Assembly: GCA_000004695.1 (NCBI GenBank)
Contig: CM000153.2
Span: 3,168,001 to 3,232,000, forward strand
Origin: Dictyostelium discoideum
Lineage: Eukaryota
Direction: 5' to 3'
DNA: 64,000 nucleotides
This document shows positions 29,135-42,653 of this stretch, one piece after another (the stretch's first letter is position 1; each line of letters starts with the position of its first letter). The position numbers and the translations under genes are program-made. Under the pieces are notes generated by a model that was not told the origin of the DNA, searched no databases, and worked only from the letters and a program-made list of their open reading frames with translations.

Positions 29135-29398
29135 ATTAATAAATAATATATAAAAACATTTATAATTACTTTCAGATTATTTAAAAAAAAAAAAATTATT
29201 TCATTTTATTCATTTCCATGTTTTTTCGTTAATATTAATGGAATTTTATTATCTCTTTTATTAATATTATTATTATTTAATACGATTATAATATTACAAT
29301 AAAAAAAAAAAAAATACTACTTTATTAAATGTTTTTTTTTTTTTTTGTTTTATTTGGTTTTTTTTTTTTTTTTTATTTTTTATTTTTTATTTGTATTA

Positions 29399-30752
29399 TT
29401 ATAATATTTTTGCTGTAACATCATTGTCAAGATCAGGTTCCATTAATAAAGAAAATTCTTTCGCTAATTTTAATTCACCTCCAACAGATTCATCGAAATT
29501 GTATTGCATATAAAGACTATCAGCTGTTAAAACCATGGCAGTTTTATTATTTTGCATTAGAGCACAAATACTTGGAATACCGGGTGGAATTTTAATGTGT
29601 GCAAAATCTCTTGATGGTTCCCAAACTTGACTAATTACTTCTGGTAAATAAGAACTCATTTTTGAAGTTAATCCACCAAAATTTAAACCCATCATACCTC
29701 CACTCGGTGATGAGGATGGTTGTGCTTGATGAAAAGATGAAGAATTTGAAGAACTGAAATCAATTTTAAATATATGAATTGTACCAGTATCACTCGAAAC
29801 GCACAAATATCTACCATCCAAACTAAATGTCATACTATGAATGATTGCAGGTATTGAACCACGTCTAAATGATAATGATTTATTGGCATAAGGTAAGGCA
29901 AATACACGAATAACCGTACCTTTATCACTTGCTGTTGCCAATAATGTACCATCCTGACTTAATGCTAATGCTGAAATTTGACTCTTATGCGCTTGAATTA
30001 AATTTACTGTCTCTAATGTTAATACATCCATCACTAAAATATTACCATTGTTTTGACTCGCTGGATAAACTATATAATTGGTATTTGAGGGTGATAATGC
30101 ACATAATCCTTTTGGATTTGATGCTATCTCTCTTGTCTCTAATAATTTCATATTATTTATATCATAAATATGTATTTTTGTTTCCATAATAACTACAATT
30201 CTAAATTATTATTATTATTATTATTATTATTATTTATTATTATTACTACTATTAATAATTGTTTGAACCTCTAATTATAATAAATTTAACACCTATCTAT
30301 TTATTTATTTTACAATACCTTTTTCTATTCATTTTTACTGATAAAATCGCTGTTACAAAATTTAAATCGCAAATTGGAATATTATTTTTTATATTATTAA
30401 TTAATAACCTTCTTTGTGATGTATTTCCATCACCTGATCCAACAATTGATACTAAACTAGTTGAAAATAACATTTCAACCAATCCTGCTCCACCATTTGC
30501 TATAAATTATTCAATAATAATTGTTTTTTTTTTTTTTTTTTTTTATACTTTGTTAGAATCTTTTTACTTTTTTTAAAAAAAATAAAATAATATTGCTATT
30601 TACATATTTTACCTACATTGACTATAATATAATGTATATGGATCAGAATTGAAAATTTTATAACCTTCTGGTGTACCAACTGCAATACAACTAAAATCTT
30701 GATTAAAATTTAAAAATAATATACCTTCATTGAATTTACCTCCAACATTCAT
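29399..30752 (-). CDS. atg18: Atg18/WIPI-family PROPPIN (WD40 beta-propeller with FRRG PI3P-binding motif). Three exons: 30752..30617, 30499..30319 and 30200..29399.
   Basis: Exon 1 is 'MNVGGKFNEGILFLNFNQDFSCIAVGTPEGYKIFNSDPYTLYYSQ'. Exon 2 is '...GLVEMLFSTSLVSIVGSGDGNTSQRRLLINNIKNNIPICDLNFVTAILSVKMNRKR'. Exon 3 is 'IVVIMETKIHIYDINNMKLLETREIASNPKGLCAL...[36 protein letters not shown]...SLSFRRGSIPAIIHSMTFSLDGRYLCVSSDTGTIHIFKI'. This matches WIPI1/2 throughout ('[23 protein letters not shown]', '[30 protein letters not shown]'). The spliced length is about 372 aa. Confidence 0.85.
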
Positions 30753-31244
30753 TTTTTGTGTGCGTTTTTATAAAAAAAAAAAAAAAATAAAAAATAAAAA
30801 ATAAAAAATAAAAAAAAAATAAAAAGATTTTTATGGTATTTGATTAAAAAAAAAATAAAAAAAAAAAGAAATGTAAAAAAAAAAAAAGATTAATTATATA
30901 ATTAATAAACTGTTTAATCAGATTACCATATGTTTTTTTTTTTTCTTTGATTTTTTTTTTTTTTTTTTTTTCTTTTGTTTCTTTTTTTAGTATTAAATTT
31001 TTAAAATTGTATAATATATGTAATAGTAATAAATTAATAATATACTATATATATTGGTAATAAAATAGATAATATAAATATTTAAAAAAAAAAAAAAAGG
31101 GTGTATTTAAAATGAAAAATTTTTTAAATTAATTTGTTTTTTTATTTATTTTTTTAATTTTATTTTTTAAATTAATTTTTTTTTTTTTTTATTTAAAAAT
31201 TTAAAATTGTATAATTTTTGGAAATTTGGAAATTTTCATACCTT

Positions 31245-31275
<31 letters not shown>

Positions 31276-31347
31276 TTAAAATAAATTAAAATTTTTTAAT
31301 TTTTTTTTAAAAAAAAAAAAAAAAAACCAGTCTAAATTATTAAGATA

Positions 31348-32252
31348 ATGAATATAGACTCGACTTCATTAAATAATAATAATAATAATAATAGTAACAA
31401 TAATTGTAGTAATAGTAAAAACAGTAATAGTTTAGATATTGAAATATACCCAAACATAAATAGACTTCATCGATATAATAGAAATGACTCTATTTATAAT
31501 AAGATAAATAGTGAAAGAAATAACACTCTGTTAAAACAAAAATGCATTTATTTTCAGGACGAAAAGAATAAAACAAATCCAACAACAACAACAACAACAA
31601 CAACTGCTACTACTACTACTACTACTACAACAGCAACTAGAATAGCGGCAGATAACAATAATGAAGAACTTATAAATACCAATATAAAATCAAAGATTAA
31701 ACACATATGTACATGTCCAATCGAATTCGATAATTTAGTAGATTATGAAAATCATTATCATAGTATACATAAGAATTTTTGCACAATTTGTAAAAAGAAA
31801 TCATATCCTACCTATAAACTATTAGAATGTCATATTTTAGAAACTCATGACAAATTATTTGAAACTTTATGTTTAAAAAAAAAAATGGTAATTATTTTGA
31901 TTATTGTTATTGTTATTATTATTACTAATCTATTTTTTTATTTTTTTTTTTTTTTTTCATTTAAAATAAAAACAAAACTCAGTTTGAGTGTTTTGTATGT
32001 GACAGAGTATTTTGGTCTGATTATTCAAGGAAATTACATTTAGTTGATTATCATAAATACCCAAAAGATTTTTATTTTCATTCCAAACAAAGATCAAAAG
32101 AATTGGATAAAATTAGGTTAAAAGGTTTGGAAGTTGCAAATAATAACAATAATAATAACAAACCAAATAATGATGAAAAAACAAATTCCGATAATATGAT
32201 GGAACTTGATCAAATCATTATGGATATTGAATCATGTAATACCAAAGATTAA
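31348..32252 (+). CDS. C2H2-type zinc-finger protein. Two exons: 31348..31887 and 31983..32252. Intron GTAATT..CTCAG.
   Basis: Two C2H2-like units span the intron: 'CTCPIEFDNLVDYENHYHSIH', 'FCTICKKKSYPTYKLLECHILETH', and 'FECFVCDRVFWSDYSRKLHLVDYHKY' after the intron. The N-terminus is N/T-rich. Confidence 0.6.
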
Positions 32253-32779
32253 AAAAAAAAAAAAAAAAAAATGAATATTAATTCCACCTTTATTAATTAA
32301 ATAAAAAGAAAAAAAAAATTGGGCTCTTTTGTTAGAATCTCCAAAATTAATTTTCGAAATTATTTATATCTGCCCTATATTCATAGGTCTTAGATATTAT
32401 ATTATTATTATTTTTTCAAACTTAAATTTTCCAGGTTTTAAAAATAAATTTTATTTTATTTTTTTTAAAAAAACCTCAACATATTCAACTGTTTTTTAAT
32501 ATATTAAAATCATTTTTAATATACTAACAAAAAATAAAAATAAACAATTTATTAATATCCAAAAAAAATAATATTAATATTAATAATTCATTTTTAAAAA
32601 TAAAATTTCAAATTAATAATTTTCTCATATTTTTTATTTTTTAAAAAAAGAGTGGATTAAAAATTTAAAATGGATAATTAAATTCAGTAATATATATATT
32701 TTTTTGAATAGAAAATTTCAAATACTATCTCATATTATTTAATTCCATAAAATATATATTTTTTTTTTTTTTAAAATTT

Positions 32780-32812
<33 letters not shown>

Positions 32813-32902
32813 GTTCGTCGCGACATTTAAAATTTTTTTATTTTTATTTTTTTTTTTTTTGCATTTGTGTGATCTTCTACAATAGATTATCATTATTATA
32901 AT

Positions 32903-35594
32903 ATGTTTTCATTAAATCCACAATCAAATGGAAATAGTAATAATTTATTTGGGAATGTAACCCTTGGAAATTTTAGTAATAATAGTAATAATTTATTTGG
33001 TGGTAGTTCAACAACATCAACAAATACCAACAATAGTAATAATTTATTTGGTGGTAGTTCAACAACCAATAGTAATAATTTATTCGGTAGTGGTGGTAGT
33101 TCAACAACCAATAACAACAACTTCAATAGCAACTTCAACAATAACAATATAAAGAATGAAAATAAAATTAAAAATGGAAAGAAATTTTATAATTTTAGAT
33201 GGTCACCAACCGGAGAAATCCTATTATATAATACACTTAATAATTTTGATAATCATAATTTTGATCAAAAAAATGGTGGTAGTGATACCATACGTTATGA
33301 AATGAATACAACTTTATCAACAATTAAAAAAGTATGTATTAACTGTTATTATTATTATTATTATAATAATAATAATAATATTACAATAATACAATATATT
33401 ATAACATACTCACTCACCCATCCACCCACCCACCACTACAAAAACAATGATATTATTATTATTATCATTATTAAATAGTTTTACAATGATTTATATACAA
33501 ATTTTGAAACTATGCAAAGAATTGCAGGTCTTTCAAATCAAGTTATACCAGATGATAGAGTTAGAGAGATTTCACATCATAGTAGAACATATCTATCTGT
33601 GATTTTAGCAGCAATCAATCAAATGAGTAAATCTCAAAAAACAGGTTCATACATTGACGATGAAGATTCTTGTATGAATTGTGATCCTTTAGATAATGAT
33701 TTAATGTATGTATATGTTTATACAGAGAGAGATAGAGAGAGACAAATTGATTGATTGATTGATTTATCTATTTATTTATTATACTTACTTTCCATCATCA
33801 CTTATTTATTATTTGAAATAGTAAAATACAAACACCAAGAGTATTAGAATATTTTAAACAATATCCAAATAAAACATTAATTTTCTTTTGTGGTAGTATC
33901 GATTCAATTTATCCATATCTTTGTTCAAAATTATCAATGGAGACAAAATCAAAATGTATATTAATAGCAAGAGAATCAAATGTTCCAAATTCAAAACGTT
34001 TAGATTTAATTAGTATGTATATAAATTTATTTATATTATTATTATTTTTATTATTATTATTATTATTATTAACATTTATTTTTTATTTTTTTAAAAGGAA
34101 CAATTTCAAATCAAGGTGAACTTAAAATTTTAAATAAAGATGAATATTCAAATAGATATCAAATTGCAAATGAAAATTATGGTGAATTAGATGATGTTTT
34201 AACATTAGAGATTGATGATACTTATTTAGCATATGAAAGAGAGATAGATAATTTAATTTGTATGTCAACAATGTGGAGAGTTGCAAATTTATTTTATTTT
34301 AGTGTTTCAAGTTCATCAAATTCAGTATCACCAACTCAATTATTGGATTGTATAGAATTGGAGAGAAAAGAACTATTGAATAGCATCGAACAACAAGGTA
34401 CACAAGATCCAATGGATTCGGAATATTACAATCAAATTGCACGTCTATTGGTTTGTGGTTGTATAGATCAAGTCATTCAACAATTGAATATACTAAGTCG
34501 TGCACCAAGAAGTGCATCACAAATTAAATCAACCTCTAGAAAATCACCAATCAATCTATTGATTGATATTCTCTCTTCAATACCATTGAAAAAGAAATCA
34601 ATCAATGGTGGTGGTGGTGCACCACTCTATCCAAATGAACATTTAATTCAATGGAATAAATGGCATCAAGAAACTCAGAAAATACTCTCTCAATATATTG
34701 AAAGTGGTAGTTCAAGTACCAATCAAGTCGATGAGAACCTTTTACCAATAGTAAAGATCCTTTTAGGTGATCAACAAACTATAATGTCAACTTGTAATAG
34801 TTTTCTTCAATTGGTAGTTTCAAATATTCTCTTTGTTGAGTATACAACCTCAACCACTCAATTACGTCAACTTTTCACTCAATGTTATCAAACTATTCAA
34901 GCTCCAACAACTGTTGATAAAATTTTCTTATCATTTGCAACAAAGGATTTAGATATTGTTTGTATTAAAATAATAACTAATAATAACTAATTATAATTAA
35001 TAATAACAATATAAATTATATTTATATTAATTTTTTTTTTATTTTTATTTTTATTTTTTTAAAAATTTAAAGACATTAAAGAAAATTTTTAAACATTCAC
35101 CAGCATGGTTAGCAGTACATTTATCAGATTTATTATATCATCATCCATATGTTATGAGAAAATTACCAAATTCAGAATCACAATTAACAAATATTAGAGA
35201 ATATTTATTATCAGATTTTGGTCAATCATTAGCATCAGATTCATCGTTATTATCAATTGGTTGTAATTATTTAAAGTATGTAAAGAATGGTGGTTTGGAA
35301 ATGATTGATCAATTCATATCAAGACAACCAATTCATTTTGAAAAGAATGCAATTAAAATGTTGGATAAATGGGCTACCTCTGTTGAAACAAAGAATTCAA
35401 TCTATAAAATGTTATCACTTCAAGATTTCAAAAGAAAAAGATATGCTGCAAGTTTAAATTGGTTAATGTTGGCAAATGATAATTCACATATCACTTTATT
35501 ATCAAATTATTTATTAGAGAATCAATTAAATTCAGAATTTTTAAATGATCTACAATCATTATTAGAAAAAAATGATGAAATTGATTGTAATATA

Positions 35595-35628
<34 letters not shown>

Positions 35629-36038
35629 GTAATAATAGAATAAGTGGAAATAATAATAATAATATGATAATTGATGAAAATAAATTTGAAATTACAAATA
35701 ATAGTGAATTAATATTTTTAATTAGATATAGAGAATTAATTAGTTTATGGAAAGAAAGATCATTTAAAGAGTATTCAAGTTCACTTTGTTTGATGTTCAA
35801 AGATAGAGTTATCCCAAAACGTTTTTGGTTACGTTTACTCATTGATTGTGTTCCATTATTAGAAAGTTTAAAAAATCTTTATTTCACTTATCAAGATACA
35901 CTTCTTTTGCAATCTTGTTTAGAAGAAATCATTCAATCCCATTTATTCGATCAATACTCTTTTAATATTTCAAATCAAGATATTCAAATTTTACGTAGTG
36001 CTTTAGCTAGAAATTTAGCAAAGTCAATCATATCCTAA
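32903..36038 (+). CDS. nup85: Nucleoporin Nup85 (Nup75) homolog with an N-terminal FG-repeat extension. Five exons: 32903..33331, 33479..33705, 33822..34012, 34098..34957 and 35073..36038.
   Basis: The C-terminus '...RFWLRLLIDCVPLLESLKNLYFTYQDTLLLQSCLEEI...ILRSALARNLAKSII' matches human NUP85 '...[37 protein letters not shown]...MLRLALARNLARAII'. 'WLAVHLSDLLYHH' matches 'WFVAHLTDLLDHC', and 'LIQWNKWHQETQKIL' matches 'LELKWQHWHEECERYL'. Exon 1 also encodes four 'SNNLFG(G/S)' FG repeats before the 'YNFRWSPTGEILL' block, which matches 'YFDWGPGEMLV'. The introns use GTATGT donors. Confidence 0.8.
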
Positions 36039-36170
36039 ATAAAATAAAAAAATAAAATAAAAAAAAAAATAAAAAATAAAAAAATAAAAAAAAATAAAAA
36101 AAAATAAATAGTAATAAAAATAATAATAATAATAACTATATATTTAGAATATTTTTTTATAACAATTTTA

Positions 36171-36931
36171 TTAATTTGAGTCTGTTGTTGTAGTTGTATC
36201 ATCATCTTGATCCATTTTTGCTACTTTTCTAAATTCTTTTGTTTTTGTTTTTGGACATTGCATTGTATTCCAACTTATTGGAATCATAGTACTACCTGCA
36301 ACACTTTGTGCAAATACAACACCCAATTCATTTTTAGCTGTTGATAAATAATATGATCTTGAATCACCTAATGAAATCTATTATTTTCAAATTTTATTAA
36401 AAGTGTTAATAATAATCAAATAATTATGTTTTTTTTTTTTTTTTTTGATATAAAATAAAATTACAAACATACAATTTGAGCTAAAACTATATCACCAGGT
36501 CTAAATGATTTATAAATTTCAACTTTATCAATTTCAGTTGCACGAACATCTTGAATTCTAATGATACCATTGAATGTTTCTTTTAATGCTTTTGTTCCAA
36601 CACAAAGGATAGCAACACTTGCTAACTTTGGATTAATACGGAGCACTTGAACTGTAACTATACTTCCAATTTCTGGTACAACACTTGGTTCTTTTTCTTT
36701 TAAAACTACTATATAATCTTTATTATTTTCTATTTCATTGCTATTATTACTATTATTTACATTATTTTCATTTGTTGTATCTATATTTCTTTTTATTACA
36801 TGTTTAAACCCTAAAACTGACGAGTAAATATATCCTTTATGTACATAAGTTCCTTCTGATGATATAAAATCTGATTCTTTACATAATCTTTGACCCGGTG
36901 TTATAATATCATTGCTTGATGATTGAGACAT
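36171..36931 (-). CDS. csl4: Exosome complex component Csl4 (EXOSC1). Two exons: 36931..36473 and 36377..36171. Intron GTATGT..ATAG.
   Basis: '...IRIQDVRATEIDKVEIYKSFRPGDIVLAQI|ISLGDSRSYYLSTAKNELGVVFAQSVAGSTMIPISWNTMQCPKTKTKEFRKVAK' matches human EXOSC1 'IRKEDVRATEKDKVEIYKSFRPGDIVLAKVISLGDAQSNYLLTTAENELGVVVAHSESGIQMVPISWCEMQCPKTHTKEFRKVAR'. Confidence 0.9.
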
Positions 36932-37402
36932 TATCGAGAATTCTTGGTGTTATGTTAAAGTTTCGTTTAAATTTGAAACTTTTTTTTATAATTAAAAAAA
37001 AAAAAAAACTAAAAAATAAAAAAAATAAAAAAAAAATAAAAAACGAATGAAAATTTAAAAAATAAAAAAGTGAAAATAATGAAAAATATTTTAAGTCCAA
37101 TCAGACCTGAAAAAAAATGAAAATAAATAAATATAAAAAAAAAAAAAATTTTAGGTAATATATATAATATTTATATATTCCTTTTAAAATCTTAAAAGAA
37201 TATATATAAGAATATAAAATATATAAAAAAATAATAAATAAATAAATAAATAAAATTTTTAAAGCAATTAATATTATTTATTTTATACATTAAAAGATCA
37301 ATTGATCACCACCAATTTTTATTTTATTTAAATTATTTCCACACCAATTTTTTTTATATTTATATTTTAATTTATTTTTCCAATTTGATTTATTATTTAC
37401 AG

Positions 37403-37717
37403 TTATTGTTTTACAGTTTCTCTAACATTAAGATTATCACTAAATAGTTTTAAAAACAATGGTTTATTTGATTTTGGAAGTGTTGATAAAATATGTAGTA
37501 AATCATTAGATTTTTCAATTAGAGATTTTATATTCTTTTGATTAAATGAACCTTGATCTAAAAATACTTTATTTAATATAAACGCTTCTTTTGTATTTAA
37601 TCTTATCTTATATTGTACCTGTTTTGGAAATTGATATGATAATCTAATAAATTTTCTATATATATTCATTGAACTCCTTATTGTTGGTATATTTATTATT
37701 TGTGCTACTCTAGTCAT
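37403..37717 (-). CDS. LYR-motif (Complex1_LYR family) small protein, 104 aa
   Basis: The N-terminus 'SMNIYRKFIRLSYQFPKQVQYKIRLNTKEAF' fits the L-Y-R...R...F pattern of LYRM proteins. Single exon. Confidence 0.4.
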   Translation of the reverse strand: MTRVAQIINIPTIRSSMNIYRKFIRLSYQFPKQVQYKIRLNTKEAFILNKVFLDQGSFNQKNIKSLIEKSNDLLHILSTLPKSNKPLFLKLFSDNLNVRETVKQ

Positions 37718-38022
37718 TTTACTTTATATATTAAATGTGTGAGTTGATATTTGATCACAAACCAATTTTTGTTGTTTAAAGAAAATTGAAAAAAATAAAA
37801 AAAATGAAAAAATTAAAAAAAAAACAAAAACAATATTGTCCTTTTTTTTTTTTTAATTTTTAAAAAAATATCCGAAAATCATTTTTCTTTAATGGTTTTT
37901 GTTTAGAAAAAAAGGAAAAATATTTTAAAACTTAATAATTACAAACTTATTTATTTTTACTTTTTTTTTTTTTTTTTTTTTAATCTTAAACAATACTATT
38001 TTCTTTTGAAAAAGAGTTTTAA

Positions 38023-38065
<43 letters not shown>

Positions 38066-38070
<5 letters not shown>

Positions 38071-41000
38071 ATTCAACATTAAATCTATTTAAAGTTTTCT
38101 TTGCTTCAATAAGATCTAATTGAACTTTAGTTCTCATATAAAAGATTGGACAATCACGATTTGAACAAAGTACAGGTTGATGTAAACTACCAGAACAACG
38201 TTGACATTGAGTCCAAGCTTCAGAGAATTTAGTTTCTAAACTTGTAACTTTTTCCAAAGAGGTTTGATAGAGAGAGGCTTCTTTATGTTGACAATTTATA
38301 CAAGTTGTAGATTCTGTATCAGTTAATTCCTTTGGACAATTCATACAGACTTTTTTCTTTTTCAAAGTACCAAAGAAACCTTTGTTATTATCACTGAGTG
38401 TTGATTGAGCAATGGTTCTAGTATGTTCACCATGGAAAATTAAATCAGGATTTGACATAATTGGTTTGAAAATACGAATCAATGGTGCTTTCAATTGTTT
38501 ATCCAAATAGTATTGACAATCCAAAAGGATATTATGTTCCAAAGCATAAAGTGGATCTTCAGCTTTCTCATAGATTGGTGCACCCTTTGAGCCTTGAATG
38601 ACCACATAAGGCACACGATCACCTAAATTTGGAGCTGTTGCCGGATCTCTAGCTCTCATTTTTCTAGCCAATTCATTATGGATTACCTTTCCTTTGTATT
38701 GAGTTTTTGAGAGAGCTTTTGTAATTACCAACATTGAAAGATCTAAACGATTCTGTAAGAGATCACTAATGACACTCTTTGTATATTCTTCGGCAGATTT
38801 TAAATCCTTTTCAATGAGAATCTTTTTAAGGATAGTACTAACGACATTTCTAACCAATAGACAAGTATCTCTACGAACCATTTCCAAACCTTTGACATCC
38901 ATTCTATCGTGAATATCTGGTTTTGTCCAATACAAACCGGCATACTTTTTCTTGGCCATTAAAAGATAAGGATAATAAACCTTTTCAAAATCTAAATTAA
39001 TTGGACGAATAAAAGTGGTAGTTACAAACTTGGCAGCATCTCTACCCATTTCCATTGCCTCTGCGACGGTCTTTACACCAAATTTAACCATTACCGAATC
39101 TGTATCACCATAGATAATTACGGCATCATGTTTATAACCATTGGCGATAGTATAACGTTCCTCTACGATCTTCTTTGTCTTATCAAGCATTTCTCTACCA
39201 AATGAAGTTACGGAACGAGAAATCTCAAGACATGGTAGCTTACCAACACGAGCACCAGTGAAACCATAAACTGAATTTGCTGAAATTTTCAATGCCAATT
39301 GTCTACCATCCAACACTGCTCTCTTGAATGGATCTTTTTCATTCTTTAATTCATCTTTTGCTTTCTTTCTTGCAGACAATAACTCCTCGAGAATTCTTGG
39401 AAGTAAACCTTTCTTTGTATCTGATTTTATAAAATGATCACCAAATGGAGTGGTTGTATAGATTTCCGGTGGTAATTTCTTTGCCTCCTCTGCTGATAAC
39501 AAAGTGGAATAACAAAGATTATGAGCCATCATAATTGATGGATAAAGTGAAGTGAAATCGAGTGTTGCAATTGGAGTATCATAGAAACCTGGTGTTGGCT
39601 CAATAACGATGGCACCTTGAAACTTTTCACCTTTACCAGTGACTTTATAAGTTGGAATGAGGAAATTCTCTACCATGGCCTTACGATAAAGTTGGGATAG
39701 CACTTTGATACCTTCACCACGACCCAACAAATAACTTAATGGAACACCAGTTACACGAGCCATCTCTGTGTAATTGATAAGAATCATCAATTTATCCAAT
39801 AATCTCATTGGTAATACGGCATCTTTTATGCAATAGACTGCCAATCTTCTACGATCATCATCTGTACCATTTTGAAGATCAGAGATAATTGAAAAATGAA
39901 CATCCTCCTTTTGCTCCTTTAAAAAATGAGCCGATACATTATTGAGTGAATAACTTGTTAGTTTGTGATCTCTTTGAATCGCTTGCATTAGATCGAATTG
40001 AGTTCTACCTGGCATTGAAATTTCTTTACTCTCTCTTGTACCTAAATTACTACTTGAGAAACGAGTGCTCTTAATCTTTGATATGGTGGTTTTAATTCTA
40101 CCTAAAAGTGCAAACTCTGGTATCTTCAATTGTCTTGCTCTACTAATTAAATAGGGAATATCGAAATTTACAATATTATAACCAATGATAACATCTGGAT
40201 CCACTTTAATTACAAACTTTCTCCATTCTCTTAACAAATCTTCCTCTCTTTTATGAGGAATTACATGTGCTCCCACAATACTTGAACAACCTTTCAATGT
40301 GAAAATATTCTTTATAAATGGTTCTGCATCACCATTATTTTTTACAATATTTGAAATTTGAATAACTGGATCCTTTTCTGGTTCTGGAAATACACCTTTT
40401 CTACCTGCGCATTCAATATCAAATGATAAAATTCTATATGGTGCTGGTGAATCATCATCACTAAGTGATATAATTGTTTCTAATCTAAAATTTATAATAT
40501 TTAATTAATAAATTTAAAACTAAAATTATAATAGTAAAAATAATATTATTAAATTTAAAACATACGATGTATCAACTTCAATTTGACATGTTGAAACAGG
40601 TGTTTCTGATAATTTATATGTATTTGCTGGTAATTCTATCCAACTACAACCTGTAATTCCCCTATTTTTTTTAAAAAGAATAAATAAATAAATTTCAATT
40701 AATATAAATATAAAATATAAATATAAAAATATATTTTAATAACTTACTTATCAATTAAGAAACGAAGTGCAAATAGAATATTAGATTCATAGGTTTGATA
40801 TTGTCTAAATGGTTGACCTGGAATTGTAAAGTGATGTCTACCACTTTCAAAAATTTCTCTACATCTTGTAACAAACTTTGGTAAAATTAAAGTAATTCTA
40901 ATGAAATCAGATAAAGGATTTGGGTTATAACCCATAATTGATTTCTTTTTCTCTATATCAATTGAAACAACAATATTTTCAATATCTTTTTCATTGCTTT

Positions 41001-41653
41001 GATTTGATGACATTTTCATTGATTCCTATTTTAAAATTATTATTATTAATTATTATTAATTATTAATTATAATTAATTATTATTAATTATTAATTATTAA
41101 TTATTAAATATTGAAAATAATAAAATCATACATTTAAATCATGTTTTAAAGATTTACAATCTGCTTCAGTGAAACCTGGAGGACAACTAATGAAAAAGTA
41201 AGGTAAGAAACCATGAACTTTACATAAAACACTATTACCTTCTTTTGTGACACCAAATAAACGAATTGCTGGTAATGGTCCAACTTTTGGACCTGGCATA
41301 CCTGGTACTGGTTCTTTAATCTCTGTATAATCTACTTCTAATTGTTGAAAGATTAATGGTTTCTTGTGGGGTACTAAATCTTGAACAGGTTTTCTTGACC
41401 ATAAAAATAATTGTTGTGATCCATCATCTTGAATATCAATATCCATTGAATCACTTGCTATTATATTTTCAACATCGATATCATCTTCATCTTCTTCCTC
41501 TCCAAATTCATCTCCTTCATCTTCGTCATCGTCCTCTTCAAATTCATCATCCTCTTCATCGTCACCACCACCTCTATAATTATTCTTTGGTGGTGGTTGT
41601 GCTTTGAATTTTTTATCATTATTTCCACCACCTGTTACTATTGATCTTTTCAT
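38066..41653 (-). CDS. polD1: DNA polymerase delta catalytic subunit (family B). Four exons: 41653..41132, 41025..40748, 40661..40566 and 40484..38066.
   Basis: It is collinear with human POLD1. 'AIRLFGVTKEGNSVLCKVHGFLPYFFISCPPGF' matches '[26 protein letters not shown]'. 'SIMGYNPNPLSDFIRITLILPKF' matches '[23 protein letters not shown]'. 'ITGCSWIELPANTYKL' matches 'IVGCNWLELPAGKY'. 'ILSFDIECAGRKGVFPEPEKDPVIQI' is conserved. The catalytic 'YGDTDSVMV' and the C-terminal CysA/CysB zinc modules are present. Donors are GTATGA, GTAAGT and GTATGT. The total is about 1105 aa. Confidence 0.9.
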
Positions 41654-42653
41654 TTTTTTTTTTTTTTTTTTTTATTTATTTATTTAAAAGTGTGTGTGAA
41701 AAATGAATAAATATAAAAAAAAAAAATTTAAAAAAAAATTAAAAAAAAAAAAAAAAAAATTGGAGGGAAAAAAATAAAATTAAAAAAAAAAATTAAAAAT
41801 TAAAATAAATTAATTATAATTTCTAAGTATTTTATTTGATTTTATTTTATTTTAAATTATTTAATTTTATTTAACCCAAAATTTTGAAATATTTTTTAGT
41901 CAACTTTAAAACAAGGATTTAATTTTGTTAAAAAAGCTTTGGAATAATTATTACCATTATTTTTATTTACAGGGTTTGTTGATATCTTTTGTTGATCTTC
42001 TTGTTTTGATGAACTTTTATTTATGTTGAAAGTAAAAAATTCTTTTAGTTTTGCAAAAAAAAAGAAAATAAAAAAAAAGTTTAGAAAAAAAAAAAGTTAG
42101 AAAAAGGTTAAAAAAAAGTTAAGAGATAAACAAAAATAGCATACTTAATAAAGGCATTCTTTTTCAGTATTAATTGTAAAAATAAAAACAAAATAAAAAA
42201 ATAAAAATTTCATTACCTTTTTCTTTCTTTTTTTTTTTTTAATTTTTTTTTTTTTTTTTTTATTATAACCAAACAAAAAAAAAATTAAAAAAAAAAATCC
42301 TTGTTTAATTATTTCCAAACAAAAAAAAAAAAAAATCAATGGTGTGTGAATTGTGGTAAAAAAATGAATCAATGAAAAAAATTTAGATTTATTTGTGATA
42401 TATTAATATATATTTAAATTTTTTTTTTTTTTTATTTTTTTTTTTTTTTTTATTTATTATTTTTTAATTTAATTTTTCTACAGTTATTATTTTAATTTTT
42501 TAATTTTTTTAATGCTTCCTAATATTAAAAAAAAAAAAGTATTAGAATAAATAATTAAATAAGTAAATAATTTAAATTAATTTGTTTTAAAATAATTACT
42601 TTTTCTTTTTTTTTTTTTTTTTTTTTTTTTTGGGAAATTTCTAAATTTTTTCT

